Of a stretch of DNA of 64,000 nt, positions 13,259-26,321 are shown piece by piece. The translations under genes were made by a program, and so were the position numbers. The stretch spans positions 30,690,001 through 30,754,000 of the forward strand of contig CP158635.1 of NCBI GenBank assembly GCA_050273025.1, in the 5' to 3' direction. Position 1 is the first letter of the stretch, and each line of letters starts with the position of its first letter. Under the pieces are notes generated by a model. The model was not told the DNA's origin. It saw only the letters and a list, made by a program, of their open reading frames with translations, and ran no database searches. The stretch is from Cenococcum geophilum (lineage: Eukaryota).

Positions 13259-16040
13259 TTACTATACGTTATACCATTTTATATAGTAGCTAGTAGAGGG
13301 TAGAGAAATCCTTAACACAGCGCTTAAGATGCCGTAGTATACTCTCTGTATATTACTTAAGCTATAGTAACCCATAGCGGTTAAAGTATCTTATAAAATC
13401 TTTAAGATCGCCACCTCCCTATACTATCTCCGCAACCTATCTAGTAGTTCCCTATAGGGTCTCCGCTATAAAGGGGTTATTACCTATACTAGGCTCTATA
13501 CTTATCTTATTATTAAATAGGGGTTAGATCTAATACTCCCTTAGGTATAAAGTGTATACTATTTCACCTAGGGATATATTCTCTAGAATATCCTTTAGGC
13601 TTATTAGTAATATACACCCTTCCAAATCTTTATGATTCCACTATTTAAAGGCTCCTATCTTAAAGCGTATTTTAGGATCTACTTCCGTAAGCTAAGGGTA
13701 TTTAAGGATAAGGTTATAACCTATAAAGTTAGCCGCCTAAAAGGGTTGCGAGCTAACTACCTTAATATAGTTATATATATCGGCCACTAATACTATAAGC
13801 TTATAGGCACTATATAGTTTAATCTAATACTTATCTAAAAAGCCTATAATAGGTTTTTACTACCTTTCCAATAGAATAAGTTTATACTTTTTTACCAAAT
13901 TATATTATATAAGATTAATTTTAGCGCCGCTGTTATATAGTACTTAGAACTAATATATCTTACCTATAGAGAGTGTTGTTTCCAGCTTAATAGTAATATA
14001 AAAAGTCTCTCCTTTTATATCTTGCCCTAGTTATAGCTAGGAAAAGTCCGCAACTAAGGCTTTTCTTTTTTTAGATTGTTAGTGCGGTTATTACTCTACT
14101 TATTTTTCTAATAGGATTTACCTCTAGAGTTTTTTCTTAACTTCTTAAAGTATTCCCATAAAGGTGCTAGACGGGTGTTAAGATAACCCTAGAAGTCTTT
14201 CCCGTTATTTAAGGTTCCTAACTTTAACCCTTTTAAAGTTCTCTTTAAGAACGGCTTCTTTAAAGGTTAGGCCTACCCTATATTACTACTAGAGTGCCCA
14301 CGCTTCTAGTAACCCCTTAGCTTCCTATTAAAAGAGGTCTAGTTCCTTACCATATCTTTAATATTTAGGACTACTCGTTTAAAATCTGTGTATATAATAA
14401 TCCGTAATAGGGCTCCCTCGTACTTTATTTTATTATAAATTACTAGCTTAATTCTAGCCTAAATAAACCTAATCTTCTCCTTTTTATAGATACTACCGTC
14501 TTTATTTTTAAAGGGCTCTAAATCTATTTATTAAGTATAAGTTTCTATAAAGTTTATAAACTGGCGGAAGTTATAGCGGTTAAGCTATATCCTATTCTAG
14601 AATAGCTCTATATTATTATATTATATAATATATAGATCTTAAGTCTATTTCTTTAGAAAGGTTTATAGCTATAGCTATATAATAATTTACTCTTTATTAA
14701 GCTAATTAAGCGCGATCTAGTTTAGCGATTGGTCTTTAATCTTACTAATAATCCAGTATATACGCTCTTTAGTATTATCTTGTATTATTAGTATCTTAAA
14801 GAAGTTATCTACCTTATAAACCTAATCATCTAACTACTAGGTATTAGGTCTATAGCGAAGTTCTAAACTACTAAAAGCCTTAATTAGTTAGTTTATATCC
14901 TTTTTCCATTTATAGTATAAATAACTCTTTAAGTCTTCTATACCTTTTTAGGTAGGTACTAGGTAGCTTCTAGGAAGCTCTTAGCCTTAGCTAAAATATA
15001 AAAGATTTTATCTAGCCTAAATTAAGCTCTACTAAATCTGGACCTACCCCTAAAGGTTTCTAATATATTTATTAGTGGCTCCTTCCTATATAGCTTTTAA
15101 GAGCCTTATGGCAGCTTCCTAATATCTATTTTAGAGAACATTGGTTTAGGGCTCTTAACTTTTTAACCTTAGCTTTAGGGAAGCTCCGGCTATAGAGGTA
15201 GTATTAGTACTAGTAGCTAGTGTAGATTTCCCTATAAGGCTTAAGTCTTAAGTTAGTAATTAGTTTAAATTACCTAAAGGGGTAGGCCTACTTAGCTTAT
15301 AAGCAGTCTATATACCGCCACTATACTAATTATAGGCCAGTAGTCTTCTAAGAGGGTTTTAGTTAATTCCCTAGTTAGACACGTTAGTATATTCCTCTAG
15401 TATTTTTAGCTTAGGGGAAGATCTTAAAGTCGCCTCTAGCGTTTAATTTTTTAATTAGCCTAGGTAGGGCCAGAGGGGTTCTAGCTGCTTTTTAGTAGTA
15501 TTGCGACCGTTATAGAGGGTGTTTATATTTTCTTTAGCGTTACTAGTAACTATAGGTATATAAGAGTCTTCGAGCTTCTAGAGCATCTAGGTATTAGGGC
15601 TTATTCGGCCATTTTACCTAAAGGGTTATATTATCGCAATCTCTTGCTATTAGAGGGACCTTCCTGCCTTTACGCGACGGCTTTCTATAAGGTATCTGTA
15701 GAGTTTCCATTTAGGCCATCGCGAGATTTTTAGGGAGGATAGTAGTTATAAACAAAAGATGTAAATAAATAATCTAGTCCTTAAAGCCGACTACTCTTCT
15801 AAAAGGAGTAGGAAGGATTTAAATATAAGGGGATCTTATAAATAGGGGGCTATAAGGACACAATTATGGAATAGGATAGATTGGTAAGAGAGATAAATCC
15901 TTAAGGAGGTAAGGCCTCTAGGATTATAGAGACTATATACTACGGGCACGTGCCTTTAGTATATAACCGGCGACCATCTAAGGGGCGTCTGGGGGTTGTC
16001 CTAAGGGCAACCCAAGGTGTCCGCAATAATATCCCTTATA
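13259..16040 (-). mobile_element. Gypsy family B copy B2 (5' LTR, gag, protease), 3'-truncated
   Basis: Reverse complement of 27621-~30405. Its 217-bp LTR is at 15824-16040. Confidence 0.92.
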
Positions 16041-16069
16041 CTTACTACGTGGGGTAGCTTGCTTTCTAG

Positions 16070-17137
16070 TTAGCTACATTACTAATAGTTAGTAAAAGAC
16101 TAAATTAACTATTTAGGGCGAAGATCTCTATAAAGCTAGATCTATAAAATACCTACTATAGGCTCTATATTAAAGAAGGGAATATAAGGGGTTTTTTTAG
16201 CCTCTTACTTAGGCTTATAGCCCTCTTATTCTCCTTATTGGTTCGTTTTTATACAAGGCTATTGCCTACCCTTATTACTATATTATCCTCTTTTATTAAC
16301 TCCCCTATAACTTATACTTGGCTTACTTACTCCCTATTATATACCTAGGCAATATACCTTATAAAGGATAAGTAAAAAACTGCTTTTAAAACCTAATATA
16401 GCTACTTTAAGGATTAGTAATACTTTTTAGGCTAGCTAATACGCCTATAATATTCCAATTATATATCCACAGGGCCTTAATAGGATTAGTTAACTATATA
16501 TACGTTATCTATCTAAATAATATCCTAATCTACTTAAAAGACGAAGATTAGCATAAATAGCATATCTGTAAAGTATTGGAACATTTAAATAATTAGGGCC
16601 TCTACGCTAAGGTATTAAGGTATATCTTTAATATTAAGTAGATTAAGTTCCTAGGCTATATTGTAATGCCTATAGGGTGGTTATAAACGTAGTACAAGTA
16701 TAGGCGATTTAAAAGTGGCTAAGGCTAGAGAGTTATTAGTATATTTAAATGTTCTTAGGCTTTACCAATTTCTATAAGCGCTTTATTTATAACTACTTAA
16801 ACGTCGCCTAGTACTTATTTAAGTATATTACGGAAGCCTTTTAAGACTTAGCCTAAAAAGTAAAAGCTTAAAGGCGGGAAGGAAGAAAACTAAACAGGGA
16901 TTAACTAAATAGTATAAACCATAGATATAGCCTAGAAAGGTTTAAAAGGCCTTTTAGAAACTACGGGTAAAGTTTATTAAAGCCTTACTACTACGGCATT
17001 TTAATATAAATTAGTTATTAATAATAATTACTAATATATTAAATTTTACTCTTATTAGTATCCTACTATAACCTAATAGGGATCCGGATGCTAACTAACT
17101 CCACTAAAAACTAGTTAGTATTTTATAGCAGAAAGAT
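16070..17137 (+). mobile_element. Gypsy family B-like RT/RNaseH fragment B3
   Basis: Aligns with B1 30830-31310 plus 47996-48390. Motifs are KLDL..YYRLYIKEG, FRLANTP and VIYLNNILIY. Confidence 0.85.
16183..16363. repeat. Solo LTR (181 bp) inserted in B3 RT
   Basis: Ends are TATAAGG...CCTTATA (RIPped TGTAAGG...CCTTACA). Flanks GGGAA/AAGGA both derive from GGGGA, and removing the insert restores KEGDEWKTAF. Confidence 0.8.
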
Positions 17138-17418
17138 AAGTCTGTAATATTACTCTTATATTTTATTAACTAAGATATTGGCTTTATTTACCCTATTTTA
17201 GCTTCCTATTACACTATAACTTGCTGCCTATTTCTATTATCTACACCTTTATTGTATATTTATAGTCTTATTTTCTTTATAGATTAATCCATATATAAGT
17301 CCGTTCGATATATTTCTCTTTTACTAGTACTTTTTCCTTATTAATGTTTTTTATACAGTTTTATTAAGGTTTAAATATATAAAGGATTAGAAAAAATCCT
17401 TTTAAAAGGGGGAGGTAG

Positions 17419-17594
17419 TATTAGGGTAAAACTATAGTATATAGCTATATAGCTATAAGGTATATATGCTATATATAGGAAAACCCCTTCCTTACCTCGT
17501 AGCTAGATACCTCCTTTTAAGGATTTGTCTATTCTCGCAATATACTCTATTATTCTATTAATTGAACTTTCTATTTATACCTTACTTTATAATA
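17419..17594 (+). repeat. Probable 3' LTR of a B-related element
   Basis: Preceded by purine tract AAAAGGGGGAGGTAG and shares ACCTCCTT..AAGGATTTGTCT with B LTRs. The right boundary is uncertain. Confidence 0.55.
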
Positions 17595-18714
17595 TAATAT
17601 AAGGAACTTTAAGTTAAATATATTTAAAACTAGATTAGAGCGTATTTAAAATACGTTAAAAACTTACTTTAATCTAATCATACGGCTGTATTTAACTCTC
17701 TTAAAGTATACTATTTACTAAACTAAGAATACTATCTTTTAAATTAATTTTAGATCTATTTTTATTATTATTAAAGAAATCTAGTAGTTAGTAATAATTA
17801 GATAAATCTATTTAAATTAAAATATATTCTAAATACGTTATAAATATGTTATAGCTAGTTACCTATAATAGTTGGTTCTATTTTAGAGCTAAGAGGTAAG
17901 TTATATTATAGGATAAGTGGTTTAGGCTTAGTTGGCTACGTAATCTTATATTATAAGCCGAGGCTGCCCCATACAGGGATCGTGCATTTTAGCGCTTACT
18001 TTCTTAAGACTAGGCACAAATAGAGCCAAAGATTTTAAAGGGGCTAGACCTCTCGTTATAGCTGCGAGCTAAAGCGGCCTAAATATATTAAACCTAAAAC
18101 TAACTTTAACCGCTCTAGCTCTAGCTATCCGCTTAGGTGGATCCTCAGCTACACACTTCGGCTTATTAAATGGTTAACTCTAGACTTATTATTTGCACTT
18201 AACTAGGTATAGTAAGGTAAGTGCTAAGAGCTTTTAGGATAAGCGGGGTAGAATTCTAGTAGAGGAAGCCGATTTTAAAAGCGACTGTGCCAGTAATATT
18301 AATGTGGCAATGGACATTATAATGACGTAAAGAGCATCTCTAATTACCCAGTGTAAAGAGCTACAAGTTTTAGAAGGACTATAGCTTTAAATGGATTCCG
18401 GTATAATTGTAGCATTAGGATCCACCAGAAGGTTGCTTATTAATCTCGCTTACTTTAATTAGTAATAGCATACTGTGATATAGTGTCTGATATTAGCAAG
18501 CCTAGCTAAGCAGCTATGCAACTCGCTCTTTCTTTTTATTCTTCTGCACTAATACTAAACCTGCTAGTACAATTAAGCCGTTTCTATATTTGAGTTTAAC
18601 CATACTCTGCTTGCACTAAAAAGATAGAGGTATCGATTATACTAAATAAAGGTAGATTTATCTTGCGGTATAAGTAAATAGCACGAACCTTTAAACAGCT
18701 TACGATAACATCGC

Positions 18715-18840
18715 TATCCGGACCGTTAAGTAGCTGCTTAACTTCTTTAGGCACATTTTCTAAGCTCTTAACCTCGCCTTATAGGCGTGTAATATCGTTT
18801 TTAATATTAACGATAGCAATAACGCTTGCTGTTACCGGTA
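18715..18840 (-). pseudogene. Remnant of a fungal STAND/NLR N-terminal (HeLo-like) domain
   Basis: Minus strand reads ASVIAIVNIKNDITRL*GEVKSLENVPKEVKQLLNGPDS, resembling N-termini of fungal NACHT proteins with an internal deletion. Recognised by eye only. Confidence 0.55.
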
Positions 18841-21800
18841 AGTAAAGCCGCAGAATAAATAACGGATAGATTTGGAATAGGTACTCTTTATTAGAGAGTT
18901 TCTGAAGTATAGAATGCCTAGATACCGTGCGTAAGCCACTACCGGTGCCCTAATAGGCCTAATCCCCGATGTTTACTATAGGCGCTCTAATATTTAATAA
19001 TAGAGAATATGGTCTCCCTTATTATTACCTATAAGGTTTACTAAGTATTGTTTAAATATAGGGTTATTTAAATATATAAGATACTAATTATATATAGATT
19101 TTCTAGATTTTTTTATTTTATCTTTTACTTAGCTATAAATCTCTATTACTATATCTATTTCCTTAATTAAGAAATTATATAGTAAATTTACCTCCTTTAT
19201 AAAACTCTATAAACTCTAACTATTATATATTAAGCTTTAAACTAGCTTTAAATAGTATAAAATAAGAATTCTTTAATTTTGTAAGAGTATATATATTAGA
19301 TTCCGCCACGCTTACAAACAAGTTCGCAAGCACTCTATGTCTTTTGGCCGTATGGTAACGTAGAGGCGGGATACGTTATAAATTTCTACTCTATATATAA
19401 GGTAATAGGCTCCGCACCACCTAGCCACAGTATAACCCCTAAAAGGTAAACGAGTAACTGGTAAGATGCTAGGTACGGCTGTGCGGAACAATATATATAG
19501 GTAAGGTAACTTCGTTACCTAATACTATATTAGTATTATAAACTTCTTTAGGCTTAAATAAATTGTATCTTTAAATTTAGTATATATAGCTAGACCATTA
19601 TTTAATTTTATTATCTTTTTATTTTCCTTTAGCTTATACTATTTTTATATTCTAAAACTAGTTAACTTTATTAGCCTTTTATTTTATTTAAATTTATCTA
19701 CTTCTTTAATTATATACTATTATAGATTAACTAAGTAGTTATAAATAAGCTTTGTTACTAACTATTAACTATACTAAGTATATTAACGCGTAATAGATTA
19801 AGATGTTTAACTAGGAAATAAAATAGGTTTAGGTAGACATAGTTAAAATATAGGGGCTATTATAGTATATATATAGGTATTATAGGATAAATATAAGTAT
19901 AGGTAAGTCCTATAATATATATATATATATAATTCTATTTATTGCCCAATACGGTCCCTTTTCTAGGTCTATATAGGCTTCTACCTTCTATTTATAGTGT
20001 TACAAACGCTTTAAGTACGATGTTATAACTACTAGGAGAGGAGTTGGAAGCAGCTAGTTAGTTAATTAAGGCACGGTCTAGAATAGAGCCAATAGAACTA
20101 CGTAATAAGGAATGGTAACTAAGGTTATATAACGTGCTATATATTAAATAAAAGGAACAAAAGGAACTTACGTACCTTATATATAAGACGTACTTTATGT
20201 ATAAGGAGGATTTCTTAGGAGTATAGTTGTGTATTTAAAGGACCATAGTCCCTACCTAGATAATTCTTTTCTCCTTATAGTAAATCTTAGAATATAATTA
20301 GAGTTAATCTATTAGGCAACTACTCCACTAGTTATTATTACGTTGTTAACTTTTTATTTACCTATATACCCAGCCTATTAATAAGTCTACCGTAGTTTCT
20401 GCTACAAGGCTTCGTTATATATTTACTACTAAGGTTATAGTATTAACAAAGTTAAACAATATACTACTAAAAGCAGCAGCTATAACGGCGTCTATAGTAG
20501 CGACTACCTTAGGATTAAGTAATAACACTAGTATAGTAAATACTGGCTCGCAACTAGTTACTGTTAGACAGCTATAGGAAATAGTTAATTAATTAACAGA
20601 TAATAATAAGATACTTAAAGAAAGGATTAACGGGATTAGAGCAGCTAAGGTTAAGCTACCCTTAATTAAACGATTTTTAGGAGAGAAGTTAAAGCTTAAG
20701 GGATTTCTTATATAAATGCACTTTAAGGTTATATAGGAAGGGGTAAAGCTAGGAACGCCTATGGATTAAGTCGCTTACGTAGGATTATTCTTAACGGGAA
20801 GAGCACTTAAGTAGTTTAAACCTTACCTTACGAAGGTATAGGAGCACGGTATAACAACTACTAACTAGGAGGTATAGTATATATTCTTAAGTTAGAACGG
20901 GTTTATAGAACGATTAACGCAGATATTTAGAGACCTAGAGGCAACTACTACAGTAGAAAGAAAGCTTTAAAACCTAATATAAAGAACTTTAGTAATTAAG
21001 TATACGACGTAGTTTTAAATATTAGTAATATAAGTTAAATAAAACAATAAGGCGCTTATAGCATAGTAAAAGTAAGGACTTAAGGTAAAAGTTTAGAATA
21101 TAATTATCCTAATAGAAGATACGGATACTTTTAGGGATTTAATTAACTAAGCAATTAAGATTAATAATAGGATTTACTAAAGAGAGTAGACTAAGAAGGG
21201 TTAGAATAGAGTTCTATAGTCGTATAAGGCCTAGGGCACGTAATAATAAAGTTAAAGTTAGAAACTATAGTATAGCGCAGAGCTAATAGACCTAAGCAGT
21301 ACTAAAGAATTTAAAAGATAAAATAAGAAATTATAGAAACCTAAAAGATAAGAATTAAGTAATTAAAGGTCTAAGAAGCAAAGGCCAAATTAGGGATTTT
21401 AGTAGCAGAAAACATTTAGGCGGACTCTATAGTAAGAAAAATAGTTTAAAGAAGGAGCTTATATAAATTATAGAAAATAGGGTTATTACGCTAAAGACTA
21501 TAAAAGTGGTTTGAGTTACTATATAGTAAAGGGAATAAGACTAGTAGACAATATATATATATAGAGGGATAATAATATGCTATAAAAAATAAAGGAGTAT
21601 TTAATTAAAAGCTTTGCGTTCTATTACAATAATATACACTAAATTTATAAAAATGCTAAATATAACGTAAGCTATTGGCTATAGGAGCTAAAATTATTAA
21701 AGTTTAGAGGAACTAATAAACTAGTTTATAAATTAGATATTAAGGATAATAAATTTAATATAGGCGAAATATTCTATAATAATAAGGTAATAAAAGTAGC

Positions 21801-22207
21801 TTACTAGGAGTATATAGACCTTAGAAATATTATATAAGAGGTAAAAGATAATTCCACTACAGAATAGGGAATATTAGTAGGGATTAAAACCCCACTAAAT
21901 ATATTATCTATCGCTTTATAAGACGTAAGGGAAGTAAAATAGTAAACTACTTCGGCACTTAATAAAGGTAAAAGGCTAAAGGCTTAAGATTCTTAGGAAG
22001 AGATAAGAGACGACTAAGATTCTTAAGATGAGATAAGGTAAGCTTAAAGACCTATAATAGATAATAACCGATGGAGTAGAGTAACGGCTTAGTTTCATCA
22101 GCAAAATGTTTGTGCCTCCTGACAGTACTAACAGCTCCTGACAGCTCCTGTCAGGGCTGTCAGGAGCTCCAAGAGACACTTACACTCGGCATCCTGTCAG
22201 GAGGTCG

Positions 22208-22306
22208 CCCGGACCACCAGGACCACTAGGACCTCCAGGACCTCCAGGACCTCTAGGACCATCAGGACCATCAGGACCATCAGGACAATTAGGACCATCA
22301 GGACAA
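22208..22306 (+). repeat. 9-bp tandem repeat (CAGGACCAT/CAGGACCTC variants)
   Basis: About 10 units are read directly. Confidence 0.9.
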
Positions 22307-22887
22307 CAATAAAAATTCTAGATTTAAAAATAGGGTATATTAACACTCCAGTATTTACAGCTAGTCAAAAAATACAAAAATATTTTACTTATATATGATC
22401 TAAATAATCCAATCTGCCTACCGCCTGTGTCTGTCATAGGAGCTCTACGATCGCTCGGGCATCGGGCGATCGACTGAGGAGCCTCTCGCAGAGGCTCCAA
22501 ATCGTCAATTGGCGATGTTCCCGATGATCCGCCGGCCGTGTGCTGATTTCCTAACTAGGCCTAGTGCCTGCCTGCCTGCCTGTCCTACCTGTCCTACCTG
22601 TCCTACCTGTCCGAGCCTGCCTGTGCCTGCCTGTCGTGCCTACCTGTCTATGCCTACCTGTCTGTATCTGTAATTCGGGGGAGAGGTCGGCCCGATCGAA
22701 GGCTCTGCTTGATTCGATTGCGATTAATTATATTAATTCAGATCGTTCTCTATGGGGGTTCGCTAGCTGTACGTTTGAACGGTGGTCGTCTGGGGTGCCT
22801 CATTCGGTAACGGGCTGATATCGAGGCTCTGCTTCGATTCGATTCGATCGATTAAATCGATCGTCTGGTTCTGGCGACGGTCCTCTC

Positions 22888-22986
22888 CTACCTGCCTGCC
22901 TACCTACCTACCTACCTACCTACCTACCTACCTACCTACCTACCTACCTACCTACCTACCTGCCTGCCTGCCTGCCTGCCTGCCTA
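22888..22986 (+). repeat. (CCTA)n/(CCTG)n tetranucleotide microsatellite
   Basis: Read directly. A degenerate counterpart lies at 22565-22670. Confidence 0.95.
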
Positions 22987-23225
22987 TGTCAGTGTCTAAT
23001 TCAATTCGGGGGAGAGGTCGGCCCGATTGAAGGCTCTGATTGATCCAGATCGTTCCAGCGTGGTTTTTAATATCAATACTGCCAATAATATTAATCAATA
23101 TTGTTACTAATTAATATTGGCGCGTATTGGCAAATATTGGCGTATTTATAATATTGGCACGGATATTCTTAGCACCCCTTAAAAATTTTTTACACTTTAA
23201 TATTATATACATAGTTATTATAATA

Positions 23226-25339
23226 ATGGCTTCTAACGCGGGTTTATCACTTTTTATACCTATATTAGACTCCCTTAATATAGAGGAGTTATTAAACTCC
23301 TAATAAAAGAAGACCTCTAAGCTATGGGCATATACCCGGCTACTATATAAAAATAAGGCTATATACTACCAGAGAATAAGGCTTATATACTGTAAGTATT
23401 ATATAAAGACAGTATATTACTTAAAGTTTACTATAAATTTTTAATATTACCTAAGGTCTAAGTATAATATCCGTTCTAAAAAGTAAGAGGGCCCTATTCG
23501 TACAAAAACCAGTACTTAACTTCACAATCTCTATATACAGCTCCGCAATACAGAGCAGGCAAATAATATTAATGCACTTATCCTTTAATCTGCACTTAAC
23601 CGGGAAGCTATTACTACAGCACTTATTTTATTAATAACCGTATAAAGGCTACTATTTTAAATTATTAAATGGCCAGAGTTCCACGCGTTCTATTAGGTCC
23701 TTAATTTAAAGGTTAAGGGTTATATTATAATGGCTTATTCTACGGTTAATAAAATAGTCTAGGATATATTTATAATGCAGAAGGACGTTATACGAAAGAA
23801 GCTTCAATTAGTAATATCTAAGGTTTACCTCTTACTAGATATCTGGACGTCCCCAAATAGACATCTTCTACTCGGCGTCTATATATACTTTATTAATTAA
23901 AATAAAAGACTATAAAAAGGCCTTCTTATACTTTATACAACACTATTATATAGCAGAGAGAACTAGTTCCAAACGCTGCTTCTAATACTTTAGGACTACG
24001 GTATCGTGCAGAGACTTAGTGCTATTATCGCCAATAATGCATCTATAAATAATGTCTTATGTCGTATAATCTAAAAATATCTTTAGGAAGATCATAACAT
24101 AGAGTAAAAATCTCTACACTAATAAATTTAATATAATAGCCATATTATCCACCTCGCTATTAAGGCCTTCCTCTTCCAAGACTTGGTTTAAGAAGATAAG
24201 CTTTTATTATACGATATTAAAGATAAGAAAAGAGTTAAAGTTAACCTAGACTTTAGGAGAAACCAATTTCGAACCCTTAGTGCACTTAGTAAACTCTATA
24301 ATATTGTTATACACACCTAGAGCTTACTAGGTTATATAAGAGACTTTATTGCTCTTACTTAAAGACGAATCCCATTAGATAATTATATAAGGTGGAATAG
24401 CTGGCACTAAATGCTTTAGGTGGCCTTAGAACTTAAGTTACTAATTAACCTTTATATAAAGAAGCATACTAAGACCTTAGGCGAAGATTTCCTTACTCTA
24501 CAGGATTAGACTACGCTTCGTACGACATATAATTTCCTTTAAATATTTAAGAGGGTCACATTAGAAACTTAGGGCCATAACGTAATAATCTTAAACGTTC
24601 TCTTTTTAATAGATATTCTTATAAGGCATTTTAAGCAGAGTCTTATAAGGAATCTTCTTCTCTTACTTTTAAAAGTTCTTCTAATATCGTACAATAGGAA
24701 CGTTATAAGAAGAATAGCTTCTTTTGTTCTAGGATTTAAATTGGATAAAAGGTATTTAATAAATACTACCTTAAGTTAAATAAATCCCTATTATACGCTG
24801 CGGCAATTATCTTTTATCCTAAACGTTATACGTAGTATATCTAAGCAAATTAGGAAAAGAAGTGGCAGAAAGCTGCACTTAAAAAGGTTAAATAACTCTA
24901 GAAGGATTACTAATCGCAAGCTCTTAGGCCTAAGAGTCTTACTACTCTTTAGCTATCTAGGTTGCTATATAGGCAAGCTAGGCCTAAATAAGAACTTAAT
25001 TTATACAAACGGATTGTTAAGAATCTTAATAAGTTTACTTAACCTTAGAGCCAAGATAAGTACGACAACTATATTAGCGATCCTCTAAGTTATATTAGAA
25101 AGCTTTCTGCCCTTTAATAGTAGTGCTAAGAGCAATAGCGCGTATAATAGCTACGACTATCGCTACTAGTAATTACTATCTTATTAATTCCAGTAATAAG
25201 CAACGAACCTAAACAAACCTTTTTAGGAGCACGTTGTATAATCTTATAGAAGAGAATATAAATAGGTATTAAGACTCTTAAACGGGTAGAGTATATAAAA
25301 TAGTGGCACCAAACTAAACTCTTAGTTAAGGAAACTTAA
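23226..25339 (+). pseudogene. hAT transposase, RIP-inactivated, probable intron 24645-24697
   Basis: ATG at 23226, BED-finger-like region, LDIWTSPN, IIANNASINN (for ADNASxND), IPLDN..RWNSW, and a C-terminal dimerisation motif (IPVISNEPKQTFLGAR). Many in-frame TAA/TAG. Confidence 0.92.
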
Positions 25340-25530
25340 CTTATTTCTTATACAAAGCTCTAAATTTAAGGACCTATCTATATACTAATTTATTTTAATT
25401 TTATTATATAAAACAACTACTAAGCTTACACGGCACATTAAGCCACAGATTATATATAAGTACTGGCGACACCCCTAACCAGCTAGGTATATATAGGTTG
25501 CTAATATACTAAATAAAAGCTTATATATAC

Positions 25531-26321
25531 CTAAGCCAGAACAATAGCATTCTAGAGGTTACCCCCCGGCTAGTCTTCCTCCTTATCCTCAATTAACAAC
25601 GGCGCCGCTACTATGCCATTACTACCAGCACCGCCAGCCCCTGCCTATGGCAAGCGCAGAGGTCCACCACTACTACCTCTATCCTTATCTCATACGGAGC
25701 AGCGAGCTACGTAGTTACGCCACTTATAATTCCCATATACTCCGCTAAAGTGCCTAGGTACCCAACAATATAATAGGAAAGAGTAATAGCCTAGGCGAGC
25801 GCTAAGGCACATAGCGCACGGGTTACCCACTACCCTACCCCAAGATTGTATAAGGATGGCGTTAATATACAAAGGCTAGTGCGTTGCTATTTAATAAGGG
25901 GAGATCGCGCCTTATACAAACTCCATATCCTGCCCTAGAAGGGCCAGCAACGCCCAAGCCTATAGACTATAGCAGTAGGGAGCCAGCTACTGCTGTCCTA
26001 CTATAAGAACGGGATTAACATTGGCACTGGCGGCGTTAGTAGTAGTAACGGCGGCGTTATAAAGAACGAGAGCCCTAAGTTAAAGTTAGCTTTATACAAA
26101 CTTCCAAAGCTAGGGTATAAGCTGCTCTAAAGCTATAGCAAACCTATAAAGCTGCAAAGGGCGCCAGCTTTGTATGAGCTGTCCGGAGAATATACTCACA
26201 TTATTGCTGCTACTGCTGTTATTATTGTTGTTATTATTATTACTACTGCTACTACTACTGCTGCTGCTGCTGCTACTGCTGCTAAGGTAAAGTAAGGTAG
26301 AGTAACGTTTAGAATTAATAT
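25531..26321 (-). pseudogene. Antisense accessory gene of the hAT, DUF3716-like Cys-rich protein with N-terminal poly-Ala, intron 26075-26199
   Basis: YINAILIQSWG...PCAMCLSARLG...FSGVYGNYKWRNYVARCSV resembles the DUF3716 pattern (GGACGNCKWRDHAARCS after reversing RIP). The intron GTGAGT...GCTAAC...TAG keeps the frame. Start codon inferred from ATA. Confidence 0.78.

Noticed and set aside
13097..13273. Apparent complete solo LTR ending CGTTATA
   Set aside because: The last ~15 bp align with family B internal sequence and the flanks (GCTAG/CCATT) are not a TSD, so it is treated as truncated.
19504..19520. Hairpin AGGTAAC-TTC-GTTACCT as a possible element end
   Set aside because: A short stem with no partner terminus or TSD identified.
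21976..23030. ORFs 21976-22179, 22564-22818 and 22782-23030
   Set aside because: They are translations of an insertion junction and of microsatellites (LPV, PTYL, PACL repeats).
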